Counted from the stretch's first letter, positions 26,496-40,450 are shown. The stretch: 64,000 bases of DNA from Paragordius varius (GCA_964247055.1 OZ176053.1:11098001-11162000); one strand, 5' to 3'. The notes: generated by a model not told the origin, from the letters alone. Translations and numbers: made by a program.

Positions 26496-29016
26496 CTGGA
26501 AAAAAAGACGATTGTATATAACTCATTTATATAATGTAATGTGAGAATATATACAAATGTAACGTTAAAATATAGCTACTTATTTATATTGTTTTTTACA
26601 TATTTTTATTGATCGATTTTTGGTAAATAAGACCTTGAAAAGATATGTGAAAAAACGGGTAAAATATAATGCATATATAACATACGAAATATGTTGATGT
26701 TGTAATAGAATCCTTGTTTGATATAATAAGGGTATGCTAGCATTTATATATACCATAAAAAATTTAAAAATTAAATCATTATAAAAAACAAAGTATTAAC
26801 CATTTGGTATTAGGCTAGGAAAAAATAACAAATTAGTGCAATATTTTACTCCAGAATATTTTTAGGGGGCTTACCACGCGAGAAATTGAGTTTGCGAAAA
26901 TTAAATACTATTATTGTGAATTTATAATTAACACTATTCACCTTTTTATATATAAGGAACTTATTTGGAGGATCATTATTCACTCCCAGGGTTACTGTGT
27001 AAAAAATAATAATGATAGGCATGAGTTACAGTCTATGAATGATAAAACTTAAAATTTCAATTGAATTGTATGGTCTACAGTAGGGACCCCAATATTTAAA
27101 TTTATCACTTTATTACCTTTTATTTTTTTCCTTGTTTACATATTGGGGTTTTTTATATCCCAAAGCTCAATTTTTAAATAAACTACTGTTGAAAGTAATT
27201 AAAATTTTATCAAACATAGTTCGCATTTTTAAGATAAACTTAGTTTTGTGACTTCTATAGTCTCAAATTGGGATACCTTCAAAACACGATTGAAACAAAC
27301 AGCTGATGTTGTAATCAAAATATATCAAGTTTTGCTGGTAAAATATAGGCTTAAAGCTTCATAAAGTTAATTATTTATATTTATTAACATATTTAGCCTT
27401 TAGCCTGTTGCATGCCATTTAAAAAATTACAAAAAAAGGCGGCTAAAAGTTAGAGATGAGGATTACAATTTTACATTTTTAAAAAATTTATAATGCGCCT
27501 GGAAGGGCCAAAGAAAATGTGAATTCGGCATCCTAAATACTTTAAGATATTTAAAAATCACTATGGGATACAAAACTACTCCAAAGGTGGAGTGTTAAAA
27601 TTTTTCAATTAATAGGCGTATAAGAAAAAAAAACAGTAGATATTATTTTTCTGAGCAAATGACATGCACACTTTAAAATTTTTAAATGCAGAGATTAATA
27701 TTTATTCTTTTATTTTACAAGATTTAATAATATTTTGCACATTATACTTTGATATTATTTACTACTAAATTTTCGTTGTCAACACTGAATGTCGTGGGCA
27801 GCTGGAACACCACTGGTCTACAATCATATCTACTTCTAAATGCATTTCGCACTGATATAAATATAATATAAGTGAGTATTTCAGTCAAAACGAGACCAAC
27901 ACGCCATTACCTTTTCATCTCTTTTGACAATTACATTTTGTGATAGTATACACTGGAGCTTAAATTTGTAAATAAGCCTCCCATATACGGTTGAAACAAG
28001 CAGCTGATTTTATCAATTATTAAAAATTTGTCGGTAAAAACAATTAGAAAGTTCTCTAGCGTTAATTTTTTATATTTATAGAGCGTAATTATTATTTTCC
28101 TGCTGTATTATCGACTAAAAAACAAATTAAATGGTGTCGAATTTGAGATGGGGGTTTTCTCAATATTCAAAAAATTATATTATAAAAAAAGAGAATGCAT
28201 ATTTTTAAATTTGACTTATAATCTCTAATACAATACTTTTTGAGATATTCGAAGAAACAAAAATAAATTGGGACCTTTCATTTTAGGAGTTTTTCATTTG
28301 TATTAATTTAAGTTCGCCAATGGTACCAGTTGACACAATTTTCCAAGTATGACATGCTGTCAAAATTTTAAACCAGTCATACTCACTAAATATATTTAAA
28401 AGGCCATAATACCGATAAAATTACCATCTATTTGATACATTTGCAGATAATTATACTCCAAATAAGTATTTAAAAATTAAATAAAACACTAATAAAAAAG
28501 CACTTTTAGGGGTGTATGTTCCCCATGAGCCGCTGTTTGAGTATCCCTGTTTTATCTGGCTTGAGAATTGCAAACTTTATATGAACCAAATTTGGACAAA
28601 CTTTTATTTAACTCAGTCATCTTCATTCCTTTTTGATATTTATTATAATAATATTTTATTAATTATATAACAGAGTTAGGCACTACCAACTGTTTTGAAT
28701 CAAAAGATTTATCTGATAAAATAAAAGTTTGTATTTATTATTCTTATTTATTAAAACGACTGAGTCACCATAATCTGTGAAAATCAATATTTGAATCATT
28801 TGTGCTGGAGTAATAATTGAGTTAAATCTCCAATATTTATAGGCGTCCGTTAAATTTTTTAAGAAAGCAGCCCTCAGAAAAAAGGGTGGCCACTCATGAT
28901 ATAAGTGCTAAAATATAAATTTAACCTAAATTCTACAAAAAAATCTACCATGCTGTTAAAATTTTTGTTTTGGAATTATTTTGAATGATTCGACCTGTAA
29001 GAAAAACAGAGGGATA

Positions 29017-31001
29017 TCTATATGATTATAAAAATGGTGAATGCTGGCTTTGTGATCTGCTTCCGGAAAACCGGTAGACCCATCATCCAATTTTCGAAAA
29101 AAAATAATCATTAATAAATGACCCGACAACAACTTCGCGCTGTTTTTGGAATCGGCCCCCAGTTAGGGACCATCCCGTGTAAAAAATGGGGTTTTTTTTC
29201 AAAGTCCACAAAATCGTGTCATTCATTTCAAACGTGTTGGACCATTCGATTTCAAATATGAATTTTTTTTTATTTTTATTCAATTGAGCCGAACATAGTC
29301 GTCTCGCTTTTTATTTAGCCCCTCTTTTTACGCCCACTCCCACTCTTCACAAAAATAAGTTTTTGAATCTATTTTTTTCCAAAGGTATGAGACCGTAAAA
29401 ATTCAATGAAGATACCAGGTATTGCCTGTTAAAAGGCAAGTCGTGCGTTTTATTTTTATTGGCTGCAAAACTGCCCCGGCATATCTAAATAGCCTGCCTT
29501 TGGGGCTAAATTTCAGAACCTATCAGGCCATATCAGTTCAATAGGTGATTAAATATTACCCGTAACAAGGCAATTTAGGTCGTGCGGTTTTTAAAATTAG
29601 CCGTCAATTAGGCCCTTCACGCATTGAAACGCCACCATATAATGAGTTTTCATTTTTGAGGCAATTTTTCCGAAAACTAATGAGAGCAAAGTATTCTCCG
29701 TAAAAAGGCAAAACTTTTAATTAAGCACTTTTTTGTATCAGCCACTGAGTAGGGAGCTACCCGCCTAAACTGCGCCATCATATCTATATTGTGTTGTTTA
29801 GGAATTAATTTTCAGAAAACTTATCAGGCCACATAAGTTTGTGAAAAATTAAGGCAAAAATTTAAGTCGAGCGGTTTTTTAAAATAAGCCGTTAATTAGG
29901 CCCTTTAACCCTAAAAATGCGCTATCATTGAACTATTATTTTGATTTGAAGCCATTCTTCCAAAAACTATGAAGAACACATGGAATGAATGATGATTCCA
30001 GGTATAGAGGCAAAATTATTTATTGAACGTCCTTTTTATATTGGCCTCTGGTTAGGGGGCTACCCGCCTACAACTGCGCCACCATATCCATACAGCGTGA
30101 CTTTTCAGGCAAATTTTAGAAAAATTATCAGGCACATGAGTTCAAAAAGGGCTTGAAATATTACCCGTAAAAAGGATAAATTAAGTAGGGCGGTTTATTA
30201 AATTATCCCTTAATTAAACCCTTACCCTGGAAAATGCGCCATAGAATTACTTTTTGGTTTTGAGGCAATTTTTCGAAAATCCCACCAGGGCTTATGGAAT
30301 TAATTATGATTACACGTATTACCCGAATTAAGGCAAGAATTTTAATTGTTTTTTGTTACGCCCCTGGTTAGGGGGAACCCGCGTACTGCGTCACCATATC
30401 ATACAGCATGCTTTGGAGCCAAATTTCAAAAAATATGTTATTTGAGGCTAGGAATCATTCTTCTAATGATATCTAAGCACTATTGGGAATCAGGGTTAGG
30501 CCTAGCAAATTATTTAATGATCATAGGCTTTTAGGAATTGGCCAGGTACGCACATTACTTACTACAGCGTAGGGTTTTTTATAATTTTACGGCATTACAA
30601 GAACAAATTACACCTATTAAAGCGATCAACCATTACAGGTTATGCATTTATTTATTATACAAATGTGTGTAATTCAAACCTCGTAACTTCATCAGGACAA
30701 AATTATAGATGTCTTTTTTATTATTTACATACCCGTCAAAAATAAAGCTTTTTTGCGCTTCACTCAATAATTGCTTATGTTTTTTTATACTAAGATCATT
30801 GCTGAATAAATATTTTTTGTTAACATTGTATAAATTTGGTGTGTTTGGGGCCTTTATACCCTTAAACTCGCTCAGCGATATGTTGAGGAAATTTTTCGCC
30901 AAAATTATGAGATCATAATAAATTATTTGGAATCAAAAAAATTTGCTCCCCAGAAAATCCGAAGGATTTACCCGGGCTGCTACACAGCTCGAGTACGCTA
31001 G
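29017..31001 (+). mobile_element. Non-autonomous Helitron, about 2 kb, with internal degenerate tandem units of about 300 bp
   Basis: A|TCtatatg start at 29017. Ends with hairpin CGGGCTG-ctaca-CAGCTCG, then agtacgCTAG|T (30998-31001). Same 5' core as 8097-8940. Subrepeats begin near 29416, 29688, 29998 and 30312. Confidence 0.88.
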
Positions 31002-31792
31002 TAAAATATAAATATTATATTTTATAAAAAAAATTTATATGTAAAAGCCATAATACGGATCAATGGAAAACATTAACGAAAAGTGCTATATAAGCATTCT
31101 CTTACCACGATAAGACTTAATATTACATTTAATTAATTCAAAATGTAAAAAAGAATTTGGTATCGCAATTTTCGGACCCAACTTAGTTATCCTTTAAACT
31201 ACCAATGTTTTTGTAACTGTATAAAGATAGGTCATTTGATTATTCCAATCATAGTTGTTCCGTGTAGTACAATATTTCTGGGCTAATTCATAAAACACAT
31301 TTAACAAGTAACATTTATTCCATGTCTCACAGGTTAACCTATAGATATTAGATACAATTTTTGTGGCAGTTTTAGTTTTTTAGGTCCTCTAAAAATTTGT
31401 CATTCATTTAAAATTTAGCTAACAGAAAAATAGCAAATTATGCGTATGGTAAAAAAAATTTCCGAAAAGATATTTTTAAAATATTAATCAAACTAGTATG
31501 GTAGGAAATTGATTTTAATAAGTGTAATATTTAAACTTTTTTAGAGAATCATGGTGATGCGGAATATATCACTTTCTTTTTAAAATTTGTTTGGTGCTAA
31601 TTGCCTATACTGATTTAATAATTTATCCCAATTTTAAATGAAATTTTATGGCAAAAACTAGTGATTCATCAAACATATCATATATTTTTTATATAAAACA
31701 TTATAAAAATTTATTTAACATTAATATAAATATTATACAATGGTAAAAAATCATTAACTAGATAATAATAAATCATTAAATTTCAAAATAAT

Positions 31793-33385
31793 CTATGTTG
31801 TGTAATGTGTGTGATGGTTGTTTGAAGTGAAAGGAAGATTGTAAGGTTGTGAGTAATGAAGGTGTTAGGTAGAGGAATGAATGGTGTAAGGTAAATCCAA
31901 AATTATAAAGATAAAAGTGGAAATGGTATGTAAATGTTGATTGGTAAAAATAGAGATATGTGTTGAGGTAGGAGAATAGAGTTGATAAAAAAAATCAAAA
32001 AGCTTAGAAAAATAAAAAGGGTTGATGTATAATGAGCAATGTAGTATGAGTTGTAAGTTGAGATGATAAATGGTAAGTGTTTGGGTTTTTGTGTGTGTTG
32101 ATGTGGGAGATATAAAAGAGTAATATAAAAAAAATGTATGGGAGTGTAGGTTAAAAGAAGCTGTGGAGATAAAGAATAGATGATGCAAAGATTGAAGCAA
32201 TAGAAGGTAAGATTTGAGGTGATGTAAGTGAATATTGTATTCACTGAATAAAAATAAATTAAAGAAAGTATTCAAAAGTACAGATGATATGATGAGGTAA
32301 GATGTGTATAAATGTGTCGTATAAAAATGTAGGTGGTTTGGTAATGAAGGTATTAATGGTGTATGTAAAGTAAGGGTTAAAAAGTTAAAAAATGGTTGTA
32401 ATATAAAAAAGTATCAAAAAAATAAAGATGATGTGATGAGATGAGATATGATGTGAAATGTAAGTGTAATGTGTGGTTTATAAAGTGTAGATGAGGTAAC
32501 GTAGGTATAAAAGCGTTGAAGTAAGGGGTTATAATATAAATCCAAAAATAGAATCGTCAGTTTTGTGTGTATGTATTAGATGAGGTGTAGTGTAAAATAA
32601 GTGGTGGATGAATCGGTAATGAAGATATTTAAGTTTTGAGGTAATGTAAGGGTTAAAAGTAATCAAAATAGTTGTACTATAGGAAGTATCCAAAAAAGAA
32701 TAAAATATGATGAGGTGTGATATGCAAGTATGATGTGTGATATATAAATTGTAGGGAATTGGTAACGAATGTATAAAGCAAAGGTTATAAAGTTAAAAAG
32801 TTGTAGATAAATATCCAAAAACAAAGATGATGTCAGGAAGTGATATGTAAGTATAATGTGTGGTATATGGTGTAGGTGATTTGGTTAAGAATGTATATGA
32901 TGTGTTGAGGTAAAGTAAGGATGGGAAAGGTAAAATAAATATTTGTAGTATAAAAAAGTATCCAAAAATGCAAAGATAAGGTATAATGAGGTGTGTAAAA
33001 TGTAAGATAAGTTGTAGGGTAAAATAAATGATGGGTGATTTGTTAAGCAGGAAGCAAGGATCAAAAAAATGTGATGAGGTGATGTGATGTGATAGTGCAA
33101 ATAAATTGAAAAATGTTTTAATATAAGATGATGATAAAAAATAAATATATAATATGTAAGGTGATAGGTGTGGGAGGGTGTGTGTGTGTGTAAGGTATGT
33201 GGTGTGTATGATTGGGTGAGTAAATGTGCATGTTGATATGAGAGAAGTGGAATAAAAGTAGTAGAAGAAATGTAAAATATATAAATTACAAATTTATATA
33301 TATTATATATACATATATAAATAGATATATAAATGTAATATAAATATAAATGTTGAATGATTGTTATTGTAATATAAGGGCCAAT
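31793..33385. repeat. Strand-asymmetric (G/A/T-rich, C-depleted on plus) degenerate tandem array, copy 1
   Basis: For example 32341-32400 has 16 G and 0 C. An anchor resembling gtatccaaaaa recurs near 32265, 32410, 32538, 32684, 32810 and 32957, alternating about 145 and 127 bp apart. Confidence 0.85.
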
Positions 33386-33527
33386 CATTCATTCAAACAT
33401 CAATCTCCCAATACGTCGACGCTATATTAAGAAATAAATTAATATACTGATCTAGATTTTATAATTATTGACCCTTTTTGGGGTATTATAAAGCTGCGTC
33501 TTATTGATAAAACATGCGATATAATTT

Positions 33528-35680
33528 TTAAATAAAAGAAAAATAATATTGCAATTTACTGTATGTTTCGCGCAACAAACACTTTTCCTCCCCACATGTG
33601 CTATCCTCGCACTCCATTAAATTTATTTCTGGAAAGCCTGATTCAGAAGGCGGTTCTTCACATGGTGATGGTGTCCATGTAAAATACTGAAGTGTTTCAC
33701 AGAAAGTAACTCTTTTTGGAATGTTTGGTTCTATAATAGGAATCAATTTTTGTTAGATTTTAAGAGATATTAAGTGATAATGATATATTTATTTTTACAA
33801 CAGTTGATTAAAAAAATTTAAACAATTTTGAGATTAAAGATATGCTTATATATCGTATATTTTTTACCCTAGGATTACATATTAATTTTTTGATTACCGT
33901 TTGATTCGACCAGAACACCATCTTTCTCGCTTGTGTTATCCTCGCATTCAATTGAATTCACTTCTGGCCAGCTAGGATCTGGATAAAAAAGTTCTCCAAT
34001 AGGTGAGACAGGTGTCCAACAAAAAAACTCAAGCTCGTCATTGAAAACGACCCTTTTTGGTATAAGTGGTTCTAATTTTACAAATTTATAATTTTTACAA
34101 AGGGTTGGTGCATTAGTTGACTAAATTAATAATAATAAATCATTAAATATGGAAATATAATAGTATTTTAAATACCGTTTTCGCATACATTTGGGCTTTT
34201 CATATTTGATTTTTTCTTTTGAGACGCATCAGGCCTTCCAGAACCCGCTAATTTAAAGAAATTCATATAAATAAAATAACGGTAAATCAAAAGATTTAAA
34301 GTAATTGTTTTAAGTATTAATATAAAATAAAGTATTATATTATTTTTTTGTCAAATTATTATGTTGAGAAAAATCATTTAAAAATAAATTTATATACCAT
34401 TCAAAGCTTCTTCATCGGGCGCTCCAAAACAAGGAAATACACGCATCAACCATTTCAATATTTCTGTTAAAATAATTATTATTAATTTAATTTGTCTAAA
34501 AAGATTAAATTTCTTGGTCTTTAGCTATAAGTGTATATTAGGATTAATATAAAATAAAGGTTATAAGATTATTTTTATTTTTTTTTAATTTATATAAATG
34601 TCTTTTTAACGATTTACCTGTAAATTTGTTATGGATGGACTTTTAATTATCTATGGAAATTCTATTATTTAGGCAAAAATATTAAATTAAAAAGCTTAAT
34701 AACTGACGCAATGATTTTATTTATATCACAAACACAGAAGCAAATCAGCTACCAAAAGGTTTTAACATTAATTATAGTATATTTATTGGTTATAAAATAA
34801 GTAGCTTTTCAATTCTAGAATTAATGAGGTTTTTAACATGATTGTTTTATGAGGGGTTATCGATAAAATATATATAGTAACGAAAAACAATAGGATTGAC
34901 ATAAAGCCCTTTAATTTAATATAAAATCTCATAATTTTAGCGGTCATAATCAATTACACTTAACCAATTTTCTAAATAGTGATTGCAAATTTTCAATGGT
35001 CTAAAATTAATTAAATAAAAGGAACGAATGTCTGTATAAAATTATTTAGCTATATCATTATCTGACCTATTCGTTTTGCAATTATGATAATAAACTAATA
35101 CAAATCTATGAAATTGGGTTTATTGCTTATTTAAAGACTTAGGCTATAATACGATGAATGGATTTAAGAAAACAAAACTTTGGATTTAGCAAACCTCAAA
35201 AACACTATTTGCATAAATTAAAAAAATTGCATCATGTATGTTTTGACTTTTTAAAGCACTTAGTCAATTTAAAAATTGAATAAAAGCGCATTTCATGTTA
35301 TATTTTATAACCTAATTATTTATAAACAGCTGTCCTGCGGATTTCGTTCATTACATTTATATTTCTTATATGGCGTTTTACCGGCATTATTGAAAACCCG
35401 TCTTTCAGTGCTAACATTTTGAAATTTAAAAAACGGAACGGAACCCGAAATTTGACATATTATATGAGATATTTTATAGCTCAAGTAAATGTAGGCGATA
35501 TGACCATACATATATTAACATAAATGAATATATAATCAACATATGTAATGCCCTTTTCAAATTTATAGTACCAATTGACCAATTGCATGTGTATATATGT
35601 CAAAATACAAATAATTGCAATTTACCTGTTCCAATCACTCTTTTGTCGCAATTTTTCTTCTTTTTACTCCAAAAATTCAT
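33528..35680 (-). CDS. Unknown small protein with two RVxF (PP1-docking) modules, copy A, at least 5 exons
   Basis: Exon 1 is 35680-35626, followed by exons near 34460-34398, 34245-34175, 34120-33898 and 33730-33528. Product MNFWSKKKKNCDKRVIGTEILKWLMRVFPCFG...EPLIPKRVVFNDELEFFCWTPVSP...EPNIPKRVTFCETLQYFTWTPSP. The exon 3/4 junction needs an alternative donor in this copy. Confidence 0.72.
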
Positions 35681-36021
35681 GATATTTTTATAATCAAATA
35701 AGTTTTAATGAATAAAATGAGTTTTGTAATTCGATTGTTGATTTATTAAAATAGAACAATGTTTAATTAATTTTATTATGGCATTCTAATATATAATGCT
35801 ACGTACGCTATTGATTTGGTTTATAGAATTGTACTATTATGAAAATAAAAATAGGTACATAATTGAATTAAAATCTAAAACATCCATATATTTCATTGCA
35901 AATTAATCAACAAGGTCTTACTGTTTTGTCTTAAAGGTTTCATGTTTTTAAAAATAAAAATCAACCATATTAGCAACGGCATCCTTCTATTCATACGTCC
36001 AAAATAAAAATTGTTGTTTGA

Positions 36022-36576
36022 TACTTCAAATCAAAGAGGGGTATCTAAATACCAAAGACTATTTTTAAGTTGATATCTTTGAAAACTACTGAACGAAACG
36101 GTCCCTATTTTATGCTTCTATCATTGTATAAATAAGCGATATTTTAATAAAATATAGTTTTGAAAAAAAAATCCCATATCAAACTACTTCGAAGCCATTT
36201 TTATTTTCACCATTTTTGCAAAATATCGTGTTATTTAATTTTTAGGCTAAAAATGATAATTTTTTATTTAAATCACGTATAACATTGATAGAAACAGAAA
36301 AAGTGAGTTATTTTGTATTATTTTATTAGCTAATGTACACATGTCATGTTGACTAAATTTTTACCTTGAGGTTTTACCTAAAAATAGGTTATGTCAAGTA
36401 TTTTTATGTGAACTTCTTTATATTTTTCGGTTCATATCAAAGTTCTCTAAGTGCAAATTTTTGCCATGGTTTCTATTCATTCCATATTTTTTGAAATATT
36501 TAATTTTAAACAAGCCCGGGATCCAAATACCCCAATTTAAATCAAAGGACTGAAATGAATGTGTTGTATCCAAGTT
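36022..36576 (-). mobile_element. piggyBac-type MITE, inverted copy with degraded termini
   Basis: Reverse complement of 36719-37277 along its length. TTAA sites degenerate (ttga, ttat). Confidence 0.75.
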
Positions 36577-36718
36577 TTATGATGTATCTCAGCCAAAAAA
36601 ATGTATGAAAATGTTTATTAAAAAGGAGTTTTATTTGTGCATGCACCCCAAGCGTCCATTTATATATATGTGGGACATTTTGTTATCCAGATAAAGGGAA
36701 AAGTTAATTCTAGATTAA

Positions 36719-37277
36719 CACTTGGATACAACACATTCATTTTAGTCCTTCGATTCAAATTGGGGGAGTTAAATACCCCAGGCCTGTTTAAAAATAAATA
36801 TGGAAGGAATCCAATCCACGGCAAAATTTTGCACTTATATAATATTAATAAACCGAAATATATAAAAAAATTTATTAAAAATACTTGATATTACTTATTT
36901 TAAGCTAAAATCGAAAGGTAAAAGTTTGGTCACCATGACATGTGTGCACTGGTAAAATTAAAAAATAATACAAAATAAACCGCTTCTTCTATTTCTATCA
37001 ATGTTAAATGTAATTTAAACAAAAAATAGCTTTAATTTTACCCATAAAATTAAATGAGAACGATATTCTGCAAAAATTTTGTAATATAAAAATGGCGTCA
37101 AAGCAGTTTGACATAGAACAAAACAAAATTTTATTTAGATATTTTGGCATATTTATAAAATTTTTATCAGGATAGAAGCATAAATTTAAATCGGTACCGT
37201 TTCATTCAGTAGTTTTTTAAAAATCTTAAATCAAATTTAGTCCGGGGTATTTAGATACCCCAATTTGAATCGAAGTA
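36719..37277 (+). mobile_element. piggyBac-type MITE, 559 bp
   Basis: TTAA on both sides (36715-36718 and 37278-37281). Starts CACTTGGAT, like piggyBat-type ends, and ends ...CGAAGTA. Inverted subterminal motif CTTCGATTCAAATTGGGGG at both ends. No ORF. Confidence 0.82.
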
Positions 37278-37809
37278 TTAATAATAATTAATGCCTGTTT
37301 TTTCTGTTACTTAAAGAGTATATTTTAACCATAAATTTTATTTACCCAATACAATCCACGCTATGATCCATATTTATTATCCAATAACTGCAATTACCAG
37401 GAAGTTTTATTATTACAAAAATTAAAAGTATAATCTAAAAATTACACAAAAAAGCGCGGCCGATAAAATTTATTTGATTTTTCTTTTAAATTCAATGATT
37501 TTCATGAGATGGGAAAAATAATGTTTTAGCCTAATTATCCTTAATTGTATTATGCAGCATTATTATTAATATTACCCATAACACATTAAAAATAGGTTTA
37601 ATTAAAAATAGTGCATCTTAGCGGAGCTCTATTTTACGAAATATGGATAATTTTTATATAAAATTTTCAAGAAAATAGAGTTAATACTAAAAATATTTTT
37701 CAAGGGTTTCATATAAAATATACGGTATTTTCGCCTTTAGGATGCTAATTAAAAAAAACTTATTTATACATTACTGTATGCATAGGATATCTCTTCAGCG
37801 GTTAATTTG

Positions 37810-38290
37810 AATAAATGAATGAATACCAGCGTACTTGAATATTCAACTTTTTGCTGGACTTCACGGACAAATTTTTTGTAGGCTGATCTGTCTAGGGTAT
37901 TAATCAAATTGGAGATTGTAGGGCGGGTGTGGCCTATTGATTTTTTTGTCCATCTTTTTTTATCTGCCTCTTTTTTGCTTACGCTTTACCAAACCCAGTA
38001 TGATCTTTTCTCCAATCTATTGTTGCGGATGACATGGCCAAAGTAGCCTCGTCTCCGTTTTGTTATCATTTGGAATAATGTATGGGTAAATTATATTGCG
38101 CATCCATTCATTAGGAATTTTGTCCGTTAATTTAGTAGCATGGGCCAGCAAGCTTGTATATAATATTTAGGTCAGTGTTTTTGCAAACCCAGCTTTCAGA
38201 ACCATAAGTTGCGAGATATGATAAAATTTAGGATTTCATTTTAGTAGCTTTGGTTATTTTGTGTGACTACTATATCAAAATAGTCTAAAT
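37810..38290 (-). mobile_element. Degenerate 3' fragment of a second RTE-clade LINE
   Basis: The minus strand reads TYGSESW, YFGHVIR and KRGR.KKRW with stops, followed by an (ATTC)n-like tail. Boundaries approximate. Confidence 0.75.
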
Positions 38291-39725
38291 TTTTATATTA
38301 CTGGATACAGTTAAAACCCTTATTCTATTTGTACGGTTTCGTAAGGCGACGTTTTTTAGGTACTACCTAACATCCAATAAAAACGCTAAGCTAAATATTT
38401 TGCATTTACCTAGGCTAAAACCATTCTCAATTGGATATGTCTCATAATTTGGGCAAATAACTACTTCTTCGGCACCTATTTCTTTGCATAATATAGCGGC
38501 TAATAATAGGGCCTACCTTAAAAATTATTCGATTTTAAAATACTATTATTGAATTTGAATGGGCCTACATGTTTTCCGGAAAATTGTCTCAAAGACACAA
38601 TCTTTTGGGACTTTAATTTTTTTGAAACCCTATTTGTATACGGGGGGCGCAACATAGAGCCTAATTCAAAAAAAAAGTCTCGAATGTCGGTGAGTTAATT
38701 AAACTTTCCACTTTTGAGTCATGACATCAGAATAACGATTAAAATTCTGTTTTAAAATGCTTTTAAAATTGATTTGCATGTAAGGAACAATATGTTTTAG
38801 CAACAGTTTTTCTATATACAATTTCTGGAAACAACCGTTTTGTGGCCCTGATTCCGGTTCAACTATTTCAAGTATCGTCCGGGATATAAGAGCGTTAATG
38901 CAATATAACTTGCATTTAATATTACTATTTATTTGCAATTATGATTTCCTCGGACATTTAAACTTTTTAATATAGAAAATGTAGAATGCCCGAAAATGTT
39001 AAAAAAATATTTTAAATTTAAAAATAATTTTTGAGTTTTATTGTTGAACAATTTTTTTGCATTTATTTTCATTGTTATGGTTGGAAGGAGTTTGGTTGGA
39101 GTTAGACATAAAATATGTGGAAATTAATTAAGAAGAATATTTAAATTTAAAGTTCTGCACTTTTAAATTCTTTTTTTGATAATATTTAGTAAGTCGGGTT
39201 TTTACATGAATGCCATTAACACAAACAAATCATATAGATCAATTTAAATTTGCTTGAGAATTGCAGACTGCACTGCATATGAATCAAATTTAAAACACTT
39301 AAATCAAATAAATTCCATGTTATTTGATAAAATAAAAGTTAGTGTATGTAAAAAATATTCATAAATAATTATTTTTCTCAATATTTATTTTTAAAATGAC
39401 TGAGTCACCCAATCTATGAATATGTATATTAAATATTTGAATGTGTGCTGGAGTAATAATTGAGTTGAATATCCAATATTTTTTGGCGATAATCAAATTT
39501 TTTTGTAAAAACAGCCCTCGCAAAAAAACGTGGCCACCCATTATATATATAATAACATCTAAAATATAAATTAAACCTAAATTCTACAAATAAATTACCA
39601 TGCTATTAAAATTTATGATTTTTAAAATAATGGAAGAAATGCCAAATTATTTTAATTGATTCTACCTCTAAATCCAAAACAGATGGTTTTAATAATCTTC
39701 TACAAATAATTTATTTTATAGAATA

Positions 39726-40450
39726 CTAGCGTGAATCTCGTGCTGCTACGCAGCCCGAGGAAGTCCTTCGGACTTCTGGGGGGGGGGGGGGGGTTCGAAG
39801 TTTGGATTTGAATGGGTCTACCGTTTTTCCTGTAGATCACAAAGCCAGCATTTTCTATTTTTATAAATATATAGATTACCATAAATAATGTTTTAATATC
39901 CATATATCTTTTAACATGCTATACATATGATAGATACTCCTTACTCAGCAGCTATCATCAAAGAAACGCTTGACTAAAATTTTTGCCTTTTAACAGGGAA
40001 TACGTGGAATCTTTATTGAATTTTTACGGTCTCATACCTAGGGCGAAAAATCGATTTAAAAAATTATTTTTGTGGACTTTGTTTTTTGAAAAAGGTGGCA
40101 TTTTACGGGGGGAGCGGGTAAAAAGAGGGCCTAAATCAAAAAAGTGACTCGACTATGTTCGGCGCAATCGAAAATAAGTAAACAAAAATTATATTTAAAA
40201 TTGAATGGTCCAACACGTTCTCCGGAATATTGTCTCAAAGACACGATTTTGTGGACTTGTGTTTTCAAAAAAAAACCGATTTTCACACGGGGTGGGCCCG
40301 AACTGGGGGCCTATTTCAAAAAAAGGGCGAAGCTATTGTCAGGGCATTCATTAATGATTATATTTTTTCGAAGTTTGGATTTGAATGGGTCTACCGGTTT
40401 TCCTGTACCAGATCACAAAGCCAGCATTTTCCATTTTTATAATATATAGA
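39726..40450 (-). mobile_element. Non-autonomous Helitron, 725 bp
   Basis: On the minus strand A|TCtatatatt starts at 40450. Ends with hairpin CTCGgGCTGC-gta-GCAGCaCGAG, then attcacgCTAG|T (39726). Shares the family 5' core. Confidence 0.88.

Larger units (their letters stand above)
31002..35900. repeat. Segmental duplication copy 1 (paralog at about 40451-45250; homology also extends left of the Helitrons, about 28560-29016 vs about 39250-39725)
   Basis: Directly readable collinear similarity across introns, exons and the skewed array, at an offset of about 9.4 kb. Confidence 0.92.

Noticed and set aside
31793-33385. Mitochondrial insertion (NUMT) as the explanation for the GC skew
   Set aside because: No recognisable mitochondrial protein, rRNA or tRNA motifs, and the region is internally repetitive.
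31865-33388. Long H/T/Y/L/I-rich minus-strand ORFs (also 41260-42748)
   Set aside because: The minus strand almost lacks G, so TAG and TGA are rare and ORFs arise by chance. Frames are not preserved between the two copies.
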